From: Candidatus Saccharimonadota bacterium
GTDB lineage: Bacteria > Pseudomonadota > Gammaproteobacteria > Johnevansiales > Johnevansiaceae
DNA length: 32,000 nucleotides
Direction: 5' to 3' (one strand)
NCBI RefSeq assembly: GCF_902713755.1
Contig: NZ_LR744089.1
The notes under the pieces are model-generated. The model was not told where the DNA came from. It ran no database searches and saw only the letters and a list, made by a program, of their open reading frames with translations. Position numbers and translations under genes: made by a program. Below, in pieces: positions 26,238 to 32,000 of the stretch (its first letter is position 1; the number at the start of each line of letters is the position of its first letter).

Positions 26238-27175
26238 ATTAAAAATCTAGATATAGTTTTTTTTATTATATCAATAACTGATAATTTTTTATTTAATACT
26301 AATTTAAATATTTTTGCTTTTTTAGAACGCAATTCTAAATATTCTTCGCTTGTAATAACTTTATCTATTAATCCTTCTTTAATAGCTTTTACACCATACC
26401 AAATATCTCCTTTTGATACTTTATTAATATTAATTTTAGGACGTCTATTAAAAACATAATATTTAAATAAATCATGAGTTTCTTTTAGTTCTTTTATAAA
26501 TTTAACTTTATCTTCATTAGTATTTTCACCTACTATCGTTAATGTACGTTTATTTTTTCCTGAGGTTAAAACTTCTACGTCGATATCGTGTTTTTTTAAA
26601 AACCTATTAATATTAGGGACTTGTGCCACAACACCTATTGAACCTATTATAGAAAATGGTGCTGCAAATAATTTATCTGCACAACAAGCCATCATATAAC
26701 CTCCACTTGCTGCAACTTTATCAACACATATAGTTAATTTTATACTAGCTTTACGTAATCTATCTAATTGAGCTGCAGCTAACCCGTAAGAATGTATAAT
26801 CCCACCACAAGATTCTAATCTTAATACTACCTCATCATTATTTTTTGCTCCACTTAAAATAATAGTTATTAATTCAGTCAATATTGGAGTATAACTAGCA
26901 TTTATATCACCATAAAAATCTATTAACCATACTACATCTTCATAATAATTTCTATTTTTTATAAATTTATTACTCTTTTTAAGATTATATCTTGCATTAA
27001 CTAAAGTTATACTACAAGTTTTAAAATATTCTCCCCAATCTATTATTTTAATTTTATTTTGTCTAACATTTTTAGTTTTTAAAAATAATAAAATAATAAT
27101 AGCTATTAAAATAGTAAATACTTTAGAAAAAAATAATACATAATCATAAAACCAATTAATCATATTAACTTCCAA
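26234..27175 (-). CDS. sohB: Peptidase S49 family inner-membrane protease (SohB-like)
   Basis: 313 aa. It has an N-terminal TM segment, the S49 core LRLESCGGIIHSYG, and VAASGGYMMAC (the nucleophile Ser context). Confidence 0.85.
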   Translation of the reverse strand: MEVNMINWFYDYVLFFSKVFTILIAIIILLFLKTKNVRQNKIKIIDWGEYFKTCSITLVNARYNLKKSNKFIKNRNYYEDVVWLIDFYGDINASYTPILTELITIILSGAKNNDEVVLRLESCGGIIHSYGLAAAQLDRLRKASIKLTICVDKVAASGGYMMACCADKLFAAPFSIIGSIGVVAQVPNINRFLKKHDIDVEVLTSGKNKRTLTIVGENTNEDKVKFIKELKETHDLFKYYVFNRRPKININKVSKGDIWYGVKAIKEGLIDKVITSEEYLELRSKKAKIFKLVLNKKLSVIDIIKKTISRFLI

Positions 27176-27185
27176 TTTAAATAAA

Positions 27186-27860
27186 TTATTTAATACGATC
27201 CCATAAACAAAAACCTATATTATTTCTAAGTTCATTTATATTTTCTCTATGTTCTAATAATTCTTTATTAACTGGATATATAATTTTTAACTTACTTTTT
27301 TTAAAACTTTTTAATTTTTTTTTCGTTTCAATATTTTTTAAATTTAATATAACTTGACCTCCTGTCATAGCTAAATAAATTTCTGATAATATTTCAGCAT
27401 CTACTAAAGCACCATGTCTATTATCATTATCTATATTATAACGTTTACATAATTTATCTATACTATTTCTTTGTCCAGGATGAATTTTTATTGCTAATTT
27501 TAAAGTATCAATAATCTTGCAATTTCTTTTAAATGGTTTTATAGTACAAATTGAAAATTCATAATCAAGAAATCCAATATCAAATTCAGCATTATGCATT
27601 ATAATTTCAGATCCTTTAATAAACTTCCAAAAAGAATCAGCTATTTTAGAAAATACTGGTTTATCAATTAAAAAATCATTAGTAATACCATGTATTGCAA
27701 TAGCCTTAGGATCAATAATTCTTTCAGGATTAATATATTTATGATATATTTTTCCTGTTAATTTACGATTTATCATTTCTATACAACCAATTTCAATTAA
27801 TCTATGTCCATAAGTATAATTAATACCAGTAGTTTCTGTATCTAATATTACTTGTCGCAT
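27186..27860 (-). CDS. dnaQ: DNA polymerase III epsilon subunit (3'-5' proofreading exonuclease)
   Basis: Exo I is MRQVILDTETTG, Exo II is HNAEFDIGFL, Exo III is HGALVDAEIL. The start is placed at the Met of MRQVILD (27860). The ORF-track start at 27902 would overlap pheT. Confidence 0.92.
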   Translation of the reverse strand: MRQVILDTETTGINYTYGHRLIEIGCIEMINRKLTGKIYHKYINPERIIDPKAIAIHGITNDFLIDKPVFSKIADSFWKFIKGSEIIMHNAEFDIGFLDYEFSICTIKPFKRNCKIIDTLKLAIKIHPGQRNSIDKLCKRYNIDNDNRHGALVDAEILSEIYLAMTGGQVILNLKNIETKKKLKSFKKSKLKIIYPVNKELLEHRENINELRNNIGFCLWDRIK

Positions 27861-27879
27861 ATAATTTCCTAAAATATCT

Positions 27880-30216
27880 TCAATGTCTAGAAACAATACC
27901 ATAACGTTCTTTTAAAGAAATTAATATATTATTTACTAATTCTTCAATTTCTTTATCAAAAAGAGTTCTTGAAGGATGTTGCCAAGTTAATCTTAATGCA
28001 ATACTATTATATCCTTTATAAAAATCAGCATATACATCAAATAATATTAGTTCTATTAAATATTTTCCAGCTTTACTACGAATATTATCTATTACTTTAG
28101 ATACAGATAAATCTTTTTTTATTAATAATGCTAAATCACGGTTAATTTCAGGAAAACGTGATACATTATTAAATTTAGGTATTTTACCTTTAACTAAGTA
28201 GGCTAAATCTAATTCAAAAATAAAACTTTCAAATGGTAATCCAAAATAATAAGAAATAGTAGGATTTAGTGCTCCAATCCATCCTACATTTTTATTTTTA
28301 CGTAATATTTTTGCACTTTTACCTGAGTGTAATGCAGGATGTATAGCATATTTAAATTTCCAACTATTAAAATCGCCACATAATTTTATTAAAACTTCTA
28401 TATCTCCTTTTATATCAACAAATTCTGTTTTATAATTATTTAAATTCCAACCCCCTATATAACGATTACCAGTAAATATACCTCCTAATTTTTCAACTTG
28501 TTTTACATTTTCTACATTTTTACCAATAAATACTAATCCAATTTCAAATAAAGCTATTCGTGTTTTTTGTCTATTTAAATTATAAATAAGTGCTTTAATT
28601 AAACCCGGCCACAAACTAGATCTCATTACAGATAATTCTTTTGAAATAGGGTTATTTATTATAGGTGTGTATATATTAGGTTGTAAATATTTATGTAATT
28701 TAGGTGATATAAAGCTATAAGTAATTACTTCTTGATAACCACGAGAAATTAATTGGGAATATATTTGATCTTTAGTAATAATTGATTCACTATTTAAATA
28801 TGGTGTTAATTGTATTTTTGGGTTACTATTAGGTAAATTATTATATCCATAAATACGTGCTAATTCCTCAATTAAATCTTCTGTAATAGATATATCAAAA
28901 CGCCAACTAGGTATTTTAATACTCCAAAATTTAATATTTTTTTTTATTATTTTAAATCCTAACCTATTTAAAATATCCTCTATTTCATTTTTTTTTATAT
29001 GGTAACCAAGTAAATTTTTTATATGTAAAAATTTTAAATTAATTATACGTTTATTTGGTAAATATGATTTAACTTCTATATTAATTATATTACCAGCACT
29101 ACCCCCACCACTACCAATTAAAAAGTTAGTAATACGTTCTAAAGCAATATTTTGCATTTCACTATCTACGCCACGTTCATACCGATATGCAAAATCTGTA
29201 TATAATCCATAATAACTTGCTTTACCTTCTATAATTGATGGGGTAAAAAAAGCAGATAATAATAATATATTTCTAGTATTCTTATTAATTTTAGTACGAT
29301 TACTACCTATTATTCCTGCAATATTTAAAGGACCTATTTCATCCGCAATTATTAATGTATCTTCTTTAAGTTTAATATTTTTACCATTTAATAATTTTAT
29401 ATTTTCGTAGTTTTTTGCCATACGAACTGTTAAATTACCTTTAATATTATTTAAATCATAACAATTAATAGGTTGTCCAAGCTCTAACATAACATAATTA
29501 ATAATATCAACAATAATATCTACAGAAGCTATACCGCTAATCTGAAGCCTTTTATATATCCACCATGGTGTTGGTGTATTAACATTAATAGATTCAATAA
29601 CTCTACTATAAAGTTTTGGACAATATTTTGGTACTTCAATATTAATTGAATATGAAAACTTACTTGTATTTTTTACTGTATTTATAATATGATTCTCAGT
29701 TAAATTATTAATTGCACATAATTCTCTTGCTATACCTCTTATACTTAAACAATCACTACGATTAGGTAAACATTCTATATCAATTACATTTTTCAACTTC
29801 CCTATATCAAATCCTATTGGAGCATCTTTTGGAAACAATATAATATCGTTTACACCTATCAAATTGATTTCTGAATATTTACAAAATCTTCCCCAAGATT
29901 CTATACCATAAAAATCTTTATTTATAATTTTTAAATTTTTATGTAAAACTGTACCTATTTTAGCGAAAGCTATTTTTTGACCAACAGTAACATTTTTGCT
30001 ACATATTACTTGCCAAAATTGTTTACCATCATTTATAATACATAATTTCAAATTATCTGTATAATTAATAATTTTTTTAATACAAGATATAAATACACCA
30101 TTAACTTTAACTATATATAATGATTTCAATCCAATCATAGTTAGTTGTTCTGTAATAATATTAGAATCATATTCTACTGAAACCCATTCACGTATCCAAT
30201 GTTCTGAAAATTTCAA
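27880..30216 (-). CDS. pheT: Phenylalanyl-tRNA synthetase beta subunit
   Basis: 778 aa. The N-terminus MKFSEHWIREWV matches E. coli PheT (MKFSELWLREWV), and the B3/4, B5 and C-terminal domains are colinear. The TTG start overlaps the pheS TGA (TTGA). Confidence 0.96.
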   Translation of the reverse strand: MKFSEHWIREWVSVEYDSNIITEQLTMIGLKSLYIVKVNGVFISCIKKIINYTDNLKLCIINDGKQFWQVICSKNVTVGQKIAFAKIGTVLHKNLKIINKDFYGIESWGRFCKYSEINLIGVNDIILFPKDAPIGFDIGKLKNVIDIECLPNRSDCLSIRGIARELCAINNLTENHIINTVKNTSKFSYSINIEVPKYCPKLYSRVIESINVNTPTPWWIYKRLQISGIASVDIIVDIINYVMLELGQPINCYDLNNIKGNLTVRMAKNYENIKLLNGKNIKLKEDTLIIADEIGPLNIAGIIGSNRTKINKNTRNILLLSAFFTPSIIEGKASYYGLYTDFAYRYERGVDSEMQNIALERITNFLIGSGGGSAGNIINIEVKSYLPNKRIINLKFLHIKNLLGYHIKKNEIEDILNRLGFKIIKKNIKFWSIKIPSWRFDISITEDLIEELARIYGYNNLPNSNPKIQLTPYLNSESIITKDQIYSQLISRGYQEVITYSFISPKLHKYLQPNIYTPIINNPISKELSVMRSSLWPGLIKALIYNLNRQKTRIALFEIGLVFIGKNVENVKQVEKLGGIFTGNRYIGGWNLNNYKTEFVDIKGDIEVLIKLCGDFNSWKFKYAIHPALHSGKSAKILRKNKNVGWIGALNPTISYYFGLPFESFIFELDLAYLVKGKIPKFNNVSRFPEINRDLALLIKKDLSVSKVIDNIRSKAGKYLIELILFDVYADFYKGYNSIALRLTWQHPSRTLFDKEIEELVNNILISLKERYGIVSRH

Positions 30217-31205
30217 AATTGCCGCAAAATCCTTATATCATTATTAAATAATGTACGTAAATCTTTAATACCATACCGTAGCATAGTTAATCTTTCAGCT
30301 CCCATTCCAAAAGCAAAACCATAATATTTAGGATTAATTTTTAAACGTTTTAATATATTAGGCTGAATCAGACCACAACCTATAACTTCCAACCAATCCG
30401 AATAAGGTCTTATACGAATATCTACTTCGGCAGAAGGTTCTGTAAAAGGAAAATATGAAGGTCTAAATCTTACTTCTATTTTTTGTCCTTCAAAAAAACA
30501 TTTTATAAAAATATCAATAGTACCTTTAAGATCAGAAAAACTAACAACTTCGTCAACCAATAATCCTTCAACTTGATGAAACATAGGACTATGATTTAAA
30601 TCCGAATCACATCGATAAACTTTTCCTGCACCAATTACTCTTAAAGGAGGATTTTGTTTTTCCATTGTTCTTATTAATATAGAAGATGTATGACTCCGTA
30701 ACATATATAACATTGAGTTAAAATAAAAAGTATCATGCATTGCTCTAGCAGGGTGATTTCTAGGCATATTTAATGCTTCAAAATTATGAAATTCATCTTC
30801 TATTTCTGGTCCTACAACTAATTTATAACCAATATTACTAAATATTTTTTTTATTCTATATAAAGTACGTGTAATAGGATGCAAATTTCCTATATTTTCA
30901 CCACATCTACCTGTTAATGTAACATCAATTTTTTCTTTTGCTATTTTATTTTTTATTGTTTCTTTTTCTAATAAATTATTATGATATTTCAACTTTTTAT
31001 ATAAAGTTTTTTTAGTTTTATTAATTGCTTCTCCAATAATTGGGAAAACAAAATCCTCATATGGTTTTATATGTTTTATATGTAATGTTAATTTACCTTT
31101 TTTACCAAAATATCGTATACGAACTTCATTAATCTTATTAATATTATTAGCTGCATTAATTTTAATATTTGCTTCTTCTATTAATTTAATAATAGTATAA
31201 TACAT
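30213..31205 (-). CDS. pheS: Phenylalanyl-tRNA synthetase alpha subunit
   Basis: 330 aa. Class II motifs are present: HPARAMHDTFY, FRPSYFPFTEPSAEVD, GFAFGMGAERLTMLRYG. Confidence 0.97.
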   Translation of the reverse strand: MYYTIIKLIEEANIKINAANNINKINEVRIRYFGKKGKLTLHIKHIKPYEDFVFPIIGEAINKTKKTLYKKLKYHNNLLEKETIKNKIAKEKIDVTLTGRCGENIGNLHPITRTLYRIKKIFSNIGYKLVVGPEIEDEFHNFEALNMPRNHPARAMHDTFYFNSMLYMLRSHTSSILIRTMEKQNPPLRVIGAGKVYRCDSDLNHSPMFHQVEGLLVDEVVSFSDLKGTIDIFIKCFFEGQKIEVRFRPSYFPFTEPSAEVDIRIRPYSDWLEVIGCGLIQPNILKRLKINPKYYGFAFGMGAERLTMLRYGIKDLRTLFNNDIRILRQF

Positions 31206-31208
31206 TTG

Positions 31209-31556
31209 TTATTCCATATTATTTTTAATTATATTATAAAAATAATTTGTTTTTCTTATAGCAAAATCAGCAATTATTTTTCGATCAATATTAATATTAT
31301 ATTTTTTTATTAAATAAATGAATTTACTATAATTAATACCATAACTTCTTGCTGCAGCATTAATACGCATAATCCATAAACTTCTTAATTGACGTTTACG
31401 TTGCCGCCTATCTCTATAAGCATATTGTTTTGATTTTATTACAGCTTGTTTAGCAACACGGTACACTCTAGACCTAGCTCCATAATAACCTTTAGCCTGT
31501 TTAATAATTTTTTTATGACGTTTATGGGTAACAACCCCACGTTTAACACGGGACAT
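31209..31556 (-). CDS. rplT: 50S ribosomal protein L20
   Basis: 115 aa. [39 protein letters not shown]...[12 protein letters not shown] matches L20. Confidence 0.97.
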   Translation of the reverse strand: MSRVKRGVVTHKRHKKIIKQAKGYYGARSRVYRVAKQAVIKSKQYAYRDRRQRKRQLRSLWIMRINAAARSYGINYSKFIYLIKKYNINIDRKIIADFAIRKTNYFYNIIKNNME

Positions 31557-31579
31557 TATTTAATTATTCTCCAAAAGTT

Positions 31580-31771
31580 TTAAACTGGTAACATGCTTTT
31601 TATTTTTTTAATATTATAAATATTAACTATACTTAATTTACGAAGTTTACGTTTACGTTTTGATGATTTTTTTGTTAATATATGATTTCGAAAAGAATGA
31701 CGATATTTAAAATTTTTAGAAGTTTTACGGAAACGTTTAGAAGCTCCACTATTATTTTTTATTTTATACAT
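31580..31771 (-). CDS. rpmI: 50S ribosomal protein L35
   Basis: 63 aa. [17 protein letters not shown]...[15 protein letters not shown] matches L35, and its position between infC and rplT fits. Confidence 0.93.
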   Translation of the reverse strand: MYKIKNNSGASKRFRKTSKNFKYRHSFRNHILTKKSSKRKRKLRKLSIVNIYNIKKIKSMLPV

Positions 31772-31779
31772 AATAAAAC

Positions 31780-32000
31780 CTAATTATTTTTTTTGGGTGT
31801 AAGAATCATTGTCATTTGTTTACCTTCCAGTTTAGGTTTAGATTCTACTATTATTAAATCTTTTAAATCTATTAAAATACGTTCCATTAATTTTCTTCCT
31901 AATTCTTTATGAGCTATTTCTCGTCCTCTAAAACGTAATGTAACTTTACTACGATCTCCATTTTCTATAAAACGTATTAAACTTTTAATTTTTACTTGAT
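31780..32000 (-). CDS. infC: Translation initiation factor IF-3, C-terminal part. The 5' end lies outside the window.
   Basis: The minus-strand translation ...[73 protein letters not shown] is colinear with the E. coli IF3 C-domain. The stop (TAG) is at 31780-31782. Confidence 0.92.
   Translation of the reverse strand, partial: QVKIKSLIRFIENGDRSKVTLRFRGREIAHKELGRKLMERILIDLKDLIIVESKPKLEGKQMTMILTPKKNN

Noticed and set aside
27861-27902. Longer DnaQ N-terminus overlapping pheT by 23 nt
   Set aside because: The conserved Exo I motif starts right after the internal Met (MRQVILDTETTG), and the extension has no homolog support.
1-32000. Search for a CRISPR array, IS elements, prophage genes, toxin-antitoxin pairs, restriction-modification genes, or any orphan multi-gene block that could be a novel defence or secretion system
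   Set aside because: Every ORF of meaningful length has a confident housekeeping or biosynthetic assignment. The longest non-coding stretch is 205 bp. The only repeats are three short tandem duplications (8, 9 and 15 bp) and homopolymers. Nothing in the sequence supports such a system.

Overview
This window is very A+T-rich (roughly three-quarters A+T by eye, not computed) and extremely gene-dense. It holds about 37 protein genes and one tRNA. Most spacers are under 30 bp, and many starts and stops overlap (ATGA, TAATG, TTGA). It looks like a reduced-genome, nutrient-provisioning bacterial endosymbiont. It uses the standard code: TGA ends asd, aroC, nfuA and pheS, and every Trp I checked is TGG.

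Gene order: aroG' (partial), metE, hisE(-), hslU(-), hslV(-), rpmE-aroK-aroB-MFS transporter, rne(-), rluC-rpmF-acpP-holB-degP-like, leuA, cspA(-), aroC-leuC-leuD-leuB-asd-truA-trpF-argO-serS-tRNA-Leu(UAG)-tusE-nfuA-sufE. Then on the minus strand: hisI, sohB, dnaQ, pheT, pheS, rplT, rpmI, infC' (partial).

The leuCDB-asd-truA-trpF block and a long (type 2) LeuA suggest betaproteobacterial, Burkholderiales-like ancestry. That is an inference only. I cannot name the organism.

I found no mobile element, CRISPR array, prophage, toxin-antitoxin pair, or recognisable defence or secretion system. There is also no unexplained non-coding block or orphan ORF cluster, so I do not think a novel multi-gene system is hidden here.

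What deserves a second look is genome erosion and possible compensation:
- holB is split by a frameshift exactly at an A10 tract.
- rluC has no stop codon and reads in frame into rpmF.
- The ancestral rne-rluC...rpmF...acpP...holB neighbourhood has collapsed and the fab genes are gone from it.
- RNase E is cut back to its catalytic half.
- The HtrA-type protease has no PDZ domains.
- Two well-preserved exporters (MFS and LysE/ArgO) sit inside biosynthetic operons.
- There are three perfect short tandem repeats: in truA, at the leuC/leuD junction, and at the leuA stop.
- Intact leu genes carry very long poly(A) tracts.
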